A stretch of DNA of 63,726 nt, filler included, from Octopus bimaculoides (Eukaryota), in NCBI RefSeq assembly GCF_001194135.2. It is 5 parts of 5 records of this genome, joined end to end, with 100 filler letters (N's around TTAATTAATTAA, not from the genome) between each part and the next. Parts side by side here need not be neighbours in the genome. Positions count along the whole stretch, not along the records: positions 1 to 25,555 come from NC_068987.1; 4 more parts are not named here. The stretch is one strand, 5' to 3'. The notes beneath the pieces were generated by a model. That model did not search any database and was not told the DNA's origin. It was given only the letters and a program-made list of their open reading frames with translations. The position numbers and the translations under genes are program-made. Positions 13,861-25,018 of the stretch are shown here, in pieces. How positions within the stretch are numbered: position 1 is the first letter of the stretch; each line of letters opens with the position of its first letter.

Positions 13861-14342
13861 CAGAATTGGTAGGTGGAAGAAAGGATATAATTTTCATACC
13901 GTAAACATGCAATAGAAAAGCCCAGATACTTGCAAGAGAGTGGACTATATTAAGCTTATCATTTCAATGAAATGGTCGTGCTAAATAAGGCGATATTTTA
14001 CATTAATTGCAAAAGATGAGGAGCGATTCCTAAGGCGAGCTTCCATACGTTATCAACCCACTAGATTTCATTAAGTCTTTGTTTACTTGAGGCCATGCTG
14101 GAAGACACTTGCTTAACGTGTTTCTCAGGGGCTGCAAATCCAAAGACACGTAGTTGCGAAACAAACTTCGTATTAACACAAATATATTTACATCGATTCG
14201 AAGTTAAAATGCTGTGAGCTTAAAATATAAGGAATTAATGATAGGATTACACAGAAAAAAATTTCTCTAAGCAAACAAACACCTTTGTCGAAATTTGGCT
14301 GCGTTTTGCGAATATTTATCTTATTGTATTAGTCTATGTGGA

Positions 14343-14580
14343 AATGTGTGGCTTTGTGGTTAGGTCGTTGTACTCATGCTTGTAAGATTGTAGTTCCGAT
14401 TCCTGGACTGGGCGATGCGTTGTGTTCTTGAGCAAAACACTTCATTGAACATTGCTGCAATTAACTCAGCATTTAGCTAGTAAAAACGAATAATCTTGCG
14501 TCTCTTCTTGGATGGGGAGGTATATACAACACAGAATACGGGAAACCGGCCTAGTGTGCCTATAGCTCAGAAAGAAATTT
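14343..14580 (+). mobile_element. tRNA-headed SINE with CORE-like domain (degenerate)
   Basis: GTGGCTTTGTGGTTAGG ... GTTCCGATTCC ... TTCTTGAGCAAAACACTTCATT, homologous to 13620-13860. Confidence 0.6.
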
Positions 14581-14729
14581 CTCTCCTATGTTGATCCATT
14601 GTATCGTTGTACAAATCTGCGTCCTGTCGATCTACTAGCAGAAATTTCGATGGTTGTTCATTCCTTTCACTCTCCATTTCCAAGACATTTCTTTCAGATC
14701 GTCTAAATAAAATACCCTTTGGTGACTTA

Positions 14730-15072
14730 CATATTTAAGCCCTTCACCTCGCTATGAAACATAAGCCATCAATGACTTTCCTATCATTCCCGACGTTGGG
14801 ATGTTTTTTTTTAATTTTTGTTTTTCTGTAGGTTGATCCCTGTTTTCACAGTTCTGCCCCAACATCCTTTCAGATTTTGCTCCACCACGTCATATGTTTC
14901 CTGGAGGGAAGGCCCTCCTCACTCAGGTTTTATTGGTCTTGAATTGTCTTTGATGTTCCTGTAATTTTGCGTTCTTTTAGGTAGGGGTGATATCCCTACG
15001 CAAACCTCTCTATCCTTTGACTTGTACAAAACGAGAGGCCCTATCAGGAGGTTGCACTCCACTGGTGTAGCT
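14730..15072 (-). mobile_element. Internally deleted RTE-derived non-autonomous element (copy 1)
   Basis: The 5' part is homologous to 24812-25018. The 3' part encodes an RTE-like ORF C-terminus relic (KVIDGLCFI). Confidence 0.5.
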
Positions 15073-15556
15073 CTCGAGGAAATTAAGGTACCCAAACTCC
15101 ACACCACAACAAAAACTGGAGCCATTGTTCAATGGATCATACAAAATATTTAGTTAGCTTGCAATGAGATCTAATAAGCCTGTGTCACGTTACTAAATAT
15201 TACAGACTCAAGTAAACATTGACTGACTAGACCTTTGATTAAGGTGTTCCAGCCATGATCACATCAGTTACTAAAGTGGATCAATAGAGATGGCATGTGA
15301 TCAAAGGATGTAAGTGGATCCTTCAATTAGTGGTTGAAGAGTAATATATCATTAGTTATCTAATTATGCGACAATAATTAATTTCATCTCTCTTATGTTG
15401 GTTAAAATTATACTTGGCTCCATTTTAATTTTCATACCGAGTGCCAATATATTATAGATAATAGACGTAGAAAGAAGTCGCTTTCCTTGAGTATACAAAT
15501 ATGTGACCTTGAAATAAAGGAATAACTAGTTATAATAGATATAGTGCATGATAATG

Positions 15557-15681
15557 CATAAGGCCTAAAAATCTTTTTTTGGGGGGGAGGGGCAGTCGGT
15601 TAGATCGATTCCAGTACGCAACTGGTACTTTATTTATCGACTCCGAAAGGATGAAAGGCAAAGTCGACATCGGAAGAATTT
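15557..15681 (-). mobile_element. 5'-truncated SINE family A with 19-bp TSD
   Basis: GATATAGTGCATGATAATG occurs at 15538-15556 and 15682-15700, flanking a family A fragment. Confidence 0.85.
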
Positions 15682-16658
15682 GATATAGTGCATGATAATG
15701 ATAAGGATAATGATAAGTTCCCCCCCCCCATACAGGAGAAACCATCTTAATTTCTAAAGTGTCCACTACAGTACTATTAACCTTTCATATTTTCTAATTG
15801 TTGCTATTAGTTTAATAGTGTGTCGACTATATAATTGCTGTGACCAATTAGAAGAAGAAAGAATGCAAATTAAACTTAAGTAGAAGTTTAAAAAATAAAA
15901 TTCGATATCAATCAGTTCACTCACATTGAAACCAATAGAAAACTCACCATTAAATTATATTAATACGTAAAAGATTTCTTATACACCATGCGACTGGCAA
16001 GAACAAATAGCCAAGAGCATATTTGGTAAAGTCTGCAAAAAAATGGTTTCTTGAAATTATTGAAATTCATAAATTTTCATAAGGCTGAAATCTCGTTAAG
16101 TTAACTGCTACGTGTGCTAATTACAAACTACATCTTAAAAGCTCGGCACGAAAGCAAATGCTAATTTCAGATGATAAAATAGAAATCATATAACGATGTT
16201 GGTGCTAATGCTTTAGGGTGGCACTCATGCATAATTTTTTAATTATTTCAAACTAGAACTTAGGAAGCTAGTGTAACTAAGGAGGTAAGGGGCTCGAGTC
16301 ATTGTGGTGCTTTCGCTCTGGCTTGCAAGCTTGCAATTAAAAGCAAGGTATACGTTTCGAATTCATAAAAATTTAGAATATTTGTGAACGTAAAACAAGT
16401 ATTAAAAAACAATGTATAAATAATGAGTTTCCCCTCCATGGATCAGTTTAATTGTTTGCTGTGAGGTTTACAATATTTTAAAAGAAATCATACGCAAGTA
16501 ATATTCTCTAATTCTGAGATGAAATAGAAGTTATGGTTTCAAAGTACCGGATTAGTTCAGCAAATTTTTACGCCCAAGATTTAAAGCTATGCTGTAGATT
16601 CCATCCATCTGAATTACAGTACACTGCATAACCATTACCATGTTTATAATAACGATGA

Positions 16659-16739
<81 letters not shown>

Positions 16740-16741
<2 letters not shown>

Positions 16742-18190
16742 TTGTTGTGGTCGAGTTTTCATGCGAAAGTTAAGCAGGAGCTCGTAAGTTGTTATCGAAT
16801 GTTGTTATTTTGAACAAAGTTGTTTTGATTTTGGCTGCACCATTTTGTTATTAAGCCTAATAGAATCATATGAGGCTACTTGGCTGTGTGAAATTTTTGT
16901 TCCTTCGGGGTGAATTTTGAAATTTTAAGACGCGAATGCACATAGTTAAAAGTATTACAATATGGCTTCTGAAATAGATAAACAATGTGGTTTTTGGAAG
17001 AGCGATAATGAAAATAGTTTCCCATCACTACCTGCTACTGTTAACAGAGAACGTATGAATAACACTAGCAGTGATATCACCAACAAAGACAAATTCCAAA
17101 ATGAAAAGAATCGTGAAAGTAACACTACTACGATACATTACACCGTTACGAATACTAGCAACAAGAATAACAATAACAATGATAAAGACAAAGAAAATAT
17201 TTGCAACAAACACGGACGTCCACCAGCGCTACAACCACCAGCATAAACTTTGCTGCTATACAAAAGGAAAGACAGTAAACAGTAAGGCTTGCAAAGTGAA
17301 AAAAACTTGCGCAAGTGCGTGCAGAAATGTAGAAGTTTCGCTAGAATTTTCCTGTGGAAACCCGAAGTAAAACAATAATATATAAATATATTGGATTGAA
17401 AATAAGGTGATTTGATCAAATGAAGAAGGCTTAGATTATCAAGTGCCTTAAAGGAATCTGGGGCACAAAGACTTAGGAGGAAGACATTTTGGTACAGCTG
17501 AGGTGAGATTTCAAACCGAAGAAAAATTCGATAACACAAAAGAGGGGATAACTGCTTCTAATTCCAACATACCTTGGTCGGATATTGGGTAGAAATAAGA
17601 TGGTTGAACAACCACCAGAAGAAGATATTTCCTGGCTTGAGCCAGTCGAAGTATATTGCATAGAAAATAGAACAAGTATTTTGCAAGTTCACGGAATGGG
17701 AAAGGAAAATTAGCTCGGTACAGCGATGGAGTTATTAATCCAGCGAGTCCAAAACATGGAGTCCGACACTAAATTAATCAACTTTTCACATGGACAGTAG
17801 CTTTGCATAGCAGTTGAGGGCAGAAGATTGAGATGCCATATATGTGGGGACGCGAACAATCTAAAACATTTCTGAGAACTGCAAAAAATTAGTCGGAAGA
17901 CCCCACTACGTTACCGACGGCTTCAAAACAATAGTAACATCAGCACCAAGAGCAGTAGCAGCATCAACAACAGCAGCATCTACAACAGCAGTACCAACTA
18001 CAACCCAAAGAGACCCATGCATACCAATCAAACACTACAAAATGTTACTAATACTAACACAAGAAACATCAACAATACAAACACCAGCAGTATTAGAAAC
18101 GAACGAAAACACAATTCAATCCACACCAACAACATAATCAGCACTCCAGAACAAACGAACGATCATATACAGATAACAAAGACTAAGTGA
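16740..18190 (+). pseudogene. Degenerate ORF1 (gag-like, CCHC zinc knuckle) of an L1/Tx1-like non-LTR retrotransposon
   Basis: ATG at 16962. Interrupted reading frames give GRHFGTAEVRF, LLIPTYLGR, PPEEDISWL and IAVEGRRLR-CHICGDANNLKHF*. The last has C-x2-C-x4-(H>N)-x4-(C>stop) spacing at 17834-17875 and is followed by an N/S/T-rich tail. Confidence 0.6.
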
Positions 18191-18545
18191 AAGATATACA
18201 TCAACACACAAACTTTACCTGTAATGAACACATAACAATACTACCTAGAAATCCAACTAATATTAACTCATAAAAATAAGGGAAGAAACATTACAGACTA
18301 AGAACAACATGTCCTGCCTGAATGTAGGCCAGTTCATAAGAATAGCATAGATAGTCCACGAGCAGCCTCGACATTTACTATCCAAAAGACATTTTCAACC
18401 CAATATTTATATGCTATTTAGCGCTCTATGTGTGTGCTTCGAGACTTTTCTAAAAAGAATTAGTTCACGTTCTCTCGAAAATTCATGAAATTATTATGAC
18501 GTCAACAATACCTACCTACCTACATACATACATACATGCGTGCAC

Positions 18546-18602
<57 letters not shown>

Positions 18603-18712
18603 TGTGTGTGAGCGAGCACGCGTTAGTGTATGTGTTTGCATATATAAAACGAACATACGTACACGCACGGCTCTAGTAGACATAAAAATATAAAACTACT
18701 AAAGATGTTTGT

Positions 18713-18766
<54 letters not shown>

Positions 18767-18776
18767 ACATACACAC

Positions 18777-18825
<49 letters not shown>

Positions 18826-19444
18826 TATATTTGTGGATAGACATATAGAGTATTTTGTATCGCTACTAAATATTATCCCAGTGGAAATGTTACTTGTGTA
18901 ATAATATTGTATTCCACATATGTATGTGTGTGTGTCTGATGTGAGTGCATGCGCGTGTGCATGTGTATGTGTGTGCGTATGTGTGTATGCGTATAAGTAA
19001 GTGTGTGCGTGTAAGTGAGTGTGTATATGTGTGTTTAAGTGAGTCTGTGCTTATATATGTGTTTGAATTTATGTATACTTGTTTCTTTTTTCTCTGGCAT
19101 CTGATGAATTTCTTTCGTTTATGTGCTAGTAATAAACGCGTATCATATTTGTTGCTTGGTTTGACAAACGAATGCATATAGTTATTAGTTGCTACGACTT
19201 TGTTTTCTTGATTTCCCGTGACAATGCTACAGTGAGGATGAGATAAATGAGAAACACACTGACGAAACAGATAACGTCTAATGCAACTAGCTACTGGAAT
19301 ATCTTCTTTATATATTAATAAGCTCGAAGAACATTAAACATAATAATAGCAACGGCAAAGGCAACAACAACAACAACAACAGCAATAAACATCAATAACA
19401 ATAACAACAACAATAATAATCGTAATAATAATAAAAGTAATAAT

Positions 19445-19915
19445 GGCTTCAGAAGGACGAAAAAGTGGTATGGAAACGAACCAGAGGCTGTGATAGAAAA
19501 TGCGAATTATAAGATCTTGTGGGACTTCTCCATAAAGACTGACCCATACTGTTGAAGCAAAAACACCAGATATGATTGTGGAGGACAAGACAAGGAAACC
19601 GAGTAAGAAGATCATAGATTTTCGAATGCCCTATGATAGAAGAGTCGAAAGAAAAGAAATTGAAAAGAATTCAGAAATATCAGGAACTGGCTGAAGAAAC
19701 TGTTGAAGACCAAGATAACACGTTTATTTTCTGTAATAATTGGTGCACATGGTACAATACCGAAAATGCTATCTAAAAGAAGTCTGAGAGAAACTGGAAT
19801 TGAAAAACTCGCATTGTCGACCTTCAGAGAAGTACCCTGCTATGTTCTGTAAGAATCCTAAGAAAAGATTCTTGATATTTGAGGAGATTCGTTATCACCA
19901 AACCTCAAAATAATA
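19445..19915 (+). mobile_element. 3' end of an R4/Dong-clade non-LTR retrotransposon (restriction-like endonuclease domain), 5'-truncated
   Basis: Translation KWYGNEPEAVIENANYKILWDFSIKTDHTVEAKTPDMIVEDK..KIIDFRMPYD..VERKEIEK, then with frameshifts VIIGAHGTIP and RIVDLQRSTLLCSVRIL..DI*. This has the PD..D-type RLE signature, and a short 3' UTR runs into AATAAT. Confidence 0.85.
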
Positions 19916-21058
19916 TACCTCCTAATTAAATTAGCATGCAATAACGACGGCAGACGAAATAACGCTGCAACAATGGACACCTTTGACGAAGTGAAGCTAA
20001 GGAAAGAATGATAGGGGTAGACAAGAACGATAACCAATTTAAGGGACCAAGGTGGGTAACTTAGAAAACCACAAAAGAAGAAACCGATACGTCATATAAT
20101 CAGAAATGAAGGGAATAGAGTGAAAGAATAGTGATTAAGGAGCAAGTACACCTTATAAGTTAGAAATAAAACACTCAAATAAAGCATTAAAAATAAGGGT
20201 GGGGCAACCCTAAAGTTTAGGGTGAAAATATTAAAATTAAAGGAAGGAATAATACAGGAATGTACAATCATTTCTATTGAAGAAATTCGCTATTTGGCCA
20301 AATTTGAGAAAGTCGTATGTAACATGTATTATTCACAAGGCACAGAAACTTGTACAACTATATATCAAATCTTTGAACCATTTCATAGAGGCGTTTGTCT
20401 ATTCATCAACAATTGAATATGACCACTTATTACTGACAACGCCAAAATATAACATGAGTTGCTATGATTATAATTAATTATATGATCAATTTACTCTCTT
20501 TTTAAAAAAAAATATTTTCTTATTAACCTGGAAGGAATAAAATATATAGGAAATATTTTGCACCAATTAATAAAAATAAAATAACCAAGGGAAAAAATTA
20601 CTCATGTATAAATAAAGCTATACTTCTACAGAAAAAAGAACATACAAATCTATCCATAATATAATGCTGTATATTACTACAGTATAACTTATGAAATGGC
20701 ATTTATTTTGTGTTTTGAGTTAGTTTATTACGGAGGCAAAACTGCTTTCAACTACATAACTCTTGATTGCTGTGTAAAAATAGAAACTTGGATGTTTGAA
20801 ACCAATTAAATATTCATTGGGAGTTTTATATGTATTTTTCTCTAATTAGGTTTCCATTAGCTAAATTGACTTTACATCCACTAGAGCCAATGGTAGTATC
20901 AGAATTCTTCTGCTCAAGACTGGAGAGCTTTAATGGTATTAATATTTCTTCAGGCATTGCTAAATGATTGAAACGTAATATTGTCATTCTGCTGTTGAGT
21001 TGAGTGAGGGCTTCTTTATTTCAGAGCTTTAGAGTAGGCCTACAGTCAAAAGATGGAG

Positions 21059-21096
<38 letters not shown>

Positions 21097-21166
21097 GCGC
21101 ACACACACACACATATATATATATATACATATATATATANNNNNNNNNNNNNNNNNNNNNNNNNNN

Positions 21167-21209
<43 letters not shown>

Positions 21210-21218
21210 CGTGTATGA

Positions 21219-21256
<38 letters not shown>

Positions 21257-21476
21257 GTATGTATATATATGCATATATAGATATATTGATACACGCACAT
21301 ACATATTATTCAAATATGTGTATATGCATATATACGTATATACATACATGCATACATACATACATACCATGCACACACACACACACACACATATATATAT
21401 AAATGTTTATATATGTCTATGTACATCTACATACGTATACATATACATCCATATATGTATACATATGAATATACAA

Positions 21477-21524
<48 letters not shown>

Positions 21525-21528
<4 letters not shown>

Positions 21529-21736
21529 TTCCGCCCAAAAAGTGTATGCACAATTCAAGACAGGAAATATCTGTATAAATATTTAATTTATATTAGTATT
21601 CCTATAAATATAAATACCTCTTTCGATATTTTATGAAATTGCGATAAGTCTGAATAAATTGCAATAACACTGAATTAAAATATATATACAATTTTTCCTT
21701 TCCTGAAGTGTGTATGCACTTTTTTGGCGGACTATG
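21525..21736. mobile_element. Tc1/mariner-type MITE (~212 bp)
   Basis: About 35-bp terminal inverted repeats, CAGATTCCGCCCAAAAAGTGTATGCACAATTCAAG vs revcomp CATAGTCCGCCAAAAAAGTGCATACACACTTCAGG (about 80% identity). Left end abuts (TA)n and the interior is AT-rich non-coding. Confidence 0.75.
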
Positions 21737-22097
21737 TTTAAAAATGAGTTTCATTTTCGCAAGAACGACAAATCCTACTATTATCGAACTAGGCAAATGA
21801 AGCCAAAATATCGCAAAAAAACAAATAAACAAATCTCTAACTCTAATCTATAACACTATCAATAAATTTGTAGCCAGAGAATCTATAGGATCAGTTTTCC
21901 GTCATAAAGAATTGCATAAAATATAAAAATATCTATTAGGTTTAAGCAACAGCGTCCTACGGAGAAAATTGAATGAAATATTTGTTATTTCACTTGTCAT
22001 GTTCCATATCATTTTCCCTGGATCAGTAGACCCTCGATCTTCTTACGAGAGCGAAGATATAAGTGAAAATGGCAGTCTTGTCACTGGTGGCCTGGAT

Positions 22098-22412
22098 CTC
22101 CGTCGGTTACGTAGATAAATATTGCAGATGGATCGATCAACGGAGCAGCTTGCATGTGAAATTGACGTGCATGTGCCTGAGCACTCCACAGACACACATC
22201 ATTAACGTAGTTATCAGTGAGATTCAGCGTGACACACCGAATGTGACAAAGCTGGCCCTTTAAAATATAAGAACGATTCAGTTTTGCTAGCAAAATGGTA
22301 AGTTGCAACGTGAAATAAATTATCTTGCTTAAAAACACAACGCACCGCCGGGAATTGAACTCACGATTTTAGGGTTGTAAGCCGATTGTCTTAACCACTA
22401 TACCACACGTCT
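22098..22412 (-). mobile_element. tRNA-headed SINE family B
   Basis: Plus-strand CTCCGTCGGTTAC...GAGCACTCCACAGACAC...TTAACGTAGTT is shared with 33371, 46361 and 48212. The tRNA-like head lies at the right end on the minus strand. Confidence 0.8.
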
Positions 22413-23837
22413 TGGTACCGAAATATAGATACAAAATTTCATGCATAGAACTATTTAGTATAGTGTAATTTACGGATAAACCTATAATTGTTGTGCTCAG
22501 CATCCAAATTGATTTTGCTCTCGGAAACATTTTATCATACCTAGTGATAAAATGACATTCCTGAAGTGAATCCACACAGAAACCCCAAAAAGCACGTGTC
22601 AATCCTTGTTGGAACATATATACAGTTGTAGTTTAGTATAAGATCTCACTAGAAATGATCAAAGCGTGACCATCCCGTATTTTTAATTCCAAGTACTACA
22701 TTGTCTTCTGAGCCCTTTTTCATTTAAAATGGTGTTTGTATCTGAAGGTTACCATTTATCCTGTTAAACTTAGCATAACTTATATGACGCGAGTGTGATG
22801 GAATAAAATACGCAATGAGCGAAAGATAGATAGATAGATAGATAGATTGAGAAAGAAAGAAAGGTTGTGAGGAGAGAGTGAATGAGTGAGTGAGTAAGAG
22901 AGAGAGGGAGAGAGGGGAGAAAGAGGGAGAGAGAGAAAAGTTATATGCAAAAGATAGATAAAGAGGTAGCAAAGGATAGATGAGAAGTGTAAAAGGGTGA
23001 AAAGAAATAGTTTGGATGATTCGACAATTTAATTGTCAAAAGCAATAACCTATCACACAGTATACCTCATCCTATTTAGTGAGGTATCATCAAATTATCA
23101 ATGCACCATTTCTTTTCTCATTTTCTTACCTTTATCACTCGCACACTAATGATTAACCGTCATCCCACGCTTTCTTGATAAAATCTTTTATCAGCAAATG
23201 GTTGACATAACAAAACTCTTACATCTATCACAAGGTATTAAGTTCTATTAACTTAACTTTCGGATTTCTATTGATTAAAGTGGCTCGTTTATTCGTTAAG
23301 TACTTTGCAGGCGTATTATTGGATTTTACAAAAAGAAAAAGGAAAAACAAAAACAACTGCTATTTCAATCTATCTCGGGATTTTTCTTTAAGTGAGAAGA
23401 ATATTTTAAATCGTAGCAGCTGTTAACTCAGCGCAGGAAATAATTACGCTTAATACCAAGGTAGTTTCTCCATCTGCAATTTCGAACATCACAGATGACA
23501 CTCAGACGAAAGTAAGTAGCGCGCCCGCGCGATTGTGTGGAATAAAACTTGTTTTACTGAAACCTGTAACTCCTAACCAATTCCGAATTGTCAGAATCCC
23601 TATTATATCGAGAATGTATTTTGCTCCTGAGGAAGTGCTATTTGCTCTAAATTTCAGTGTGATTTCATTACGTCTCACAAAATTTTCTCACTAAAACACA
23701 CACCAAACGTTGTGAGCAATCTTTAATTTTAAAGATCAATACTCTCTAGAACTGCACCATTTTAATACAGTTCTATATTTAAGAGATGAGGAATTATTTA
23801 CATTAGACGGATATTCGTCCTCATTTTGTTTGTTGTT

Positions 23838-23883
23838 AACACAACGTTTCGGCTGATATACCCTCCAGCCTTCGTCAGGTGTC
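23838..23883 (-). ncRNA. Minimal type I hammerhead ribozyme motif (copy 2)
   Basis: Minus strand reads GACAC-CTGACGA-A-GGCTG(gagggtatat)CAGCC-GAAA-C-GTT|GTGTT. Confidence 0.7.
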
Positions 23884-23974
23884 TTGGGGAAATTTCGAAC
23901 CTAGGTTCTCATTCCTATCGATGTTACTATTATTATTATTATATTATTATTATTATTATTACTATTATTAATCA

Positions 23975-24030
23975 GGTCGGAACCTTGGGATTAGTAGCCC
24001 GCGCTCTTAACCACTACGCCATATGCCCGT
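23975..24030 (-). other. tRNA-like (Pol III A-box) head of the hammerhead-bearing element
   Basis: Minus strand GGGCATA-TGGCGTAGTGG-TTAAGAGCGCGGGCTACTAATCCCAAGGTTCC has a strong A box and an anticodon-loop-like CTACTAA. The B box is degraded or deleted in this copy. Confidence 0.55.
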
Positions 24031-24172
24031 GGGCAATTATGGGGGTGAATTTTAAGGCTTATAAATCTATTATTTTTCTATCCTTCCTCAATACCGGTTC
24101 CCATATGATTCACGGCAGCGATCTGATTAATAATAGTAATAAGAATAATAATAATAATAATAATAATATAAA

Positions 24173-24224
<52 letters not shown>

Positions 24225-24268
24225 GTGACATCGATAGGAATGAGAACCCAGGTTCGAAATTTCCCCAA

Positions 24269-24314
24269 GACACCTGACGAAGGCTGGAGGGTATATCAGC
24301 CGAAACGTTGTGTT
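24269..24314 (+). ncRNA. Minimal type I hammerhead ribozyme motif (copy 3)
   Basis: Identical to copy 2: GACAC-CTGACGA-A-GGCTG(gagggtatat)CAGCC-GAAA-C-GTT|GTGTT. Confidence 0.7.
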
Positions 24315-24378
24315 AACAACAAACAAGATGAGGACGAATATCCGTCAAATGAAAATAATGTAAATAATGTGCACCATT

Positions 24379-24542
24379 TTATTGTATTATTTTCCTACAA
24401 GTATCATCCTAAAGATTTTAAATGGCTCATTCACTTAGATAAACTCTAATCAGTTATCAGTTATTGTATTTTTTTTCCCACAAGTATCATCCCAAAGATC
24501 CTTCAAAGGCGCATTCACTTAGGTAAACGCCATCAGTTATCA
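24379..24542. repeat. Old tandem duplication, 2 units of ~82 bp
   Basis: TTATTGTATT..TTTCC(T/C)ACAAGTATCATCC(T/C)AAAGAT...CATTCACTTAG(A/G)TAAAC..ATCAGTTATCA occurs twice in tandem. Confidence 0.8.
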
Positions 24543-24695
24543 ATCTGTATAGCATAATTCCTCGTAGTTTTCTCTGTGTGAGCGTAGTATACATTCCCGT
24601 AGGTTTAGCTGTGTGAGCGTCCGACTTATCGATCAACTGAAAGAATTTTTCATTGTATTAGTGTATGATGTGGTCGAGTATGCCACCGATACGCG

Positions 24696-25018
24696 TTACA
24701 TAAGCCTTTTGCTCCTTATAGAACACAGACCATCGACGACTTTTCTCTACTACTCTGGATTTTGGGCTGTACTAGCCTTCCCGTTTCATACATCCTCTTC
24801 ATGTTTGTCAGAGGGAAGACCCTCATCTCTCAGGTGTTGCTAGTTTTGAATTATCAACGATGCATTTAACTTTGATTTCTTTTCAGGTAGGAATGCCGAC
24901 TACACGCAAACCTATTTTTAATTCTGGGAAAAGGTAGTCCATATTAGTTTGGTCTCAATCCTTCGATCTGTTTAGCATGTGAGGCCCTCCTAGGAGCTTT
25001 CACTCCACTGGTTTAGCT
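24696..25018 (-). mobile_element. Internally deleted RTE-derived non-autonomous element (copy 2)
   Basis: The minus strand encodes an RTE-like C-terminus relic TAQNPE**RKVVDGLCSIRSKRLM*, directly joined to a segment homologous to 14905-15072. Confidence 0.55.

Larger units (their letters stand above)
23765..24369. mobile_element. Head-to-head inverted dimer of the Penelope-like hammerhead element, flanked by a 12-bp TSD
   Basis: The two arms are reverse complements with 4 mismatches over about 128 bp of core, plus matching (AAT)n tracts. TGCACCATTTTA occurs at 23753-23764 and 24370-24381. Confidence 0.85.

Noticed and set aside
18300-18420. MSCLNV as the start of ORF2 of the L1/Tx1-like element
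   Set aside because: The downstream sequence instead matches the AT-rich repeat around 56760-56980, and no APE motifs follow.
20222-20477. FEKVVCNMYY...PLITDNAKI as a DNA transposase relic
   Set aside because: Only a faint pattern resemblance; it needs a profile search.
23411-23712. ~100-codon stop-free frame with a GTAAGT donor next to a small CpG cluster
   Set aside because: No start codon context or recognisable domain, and it can arise by chance.
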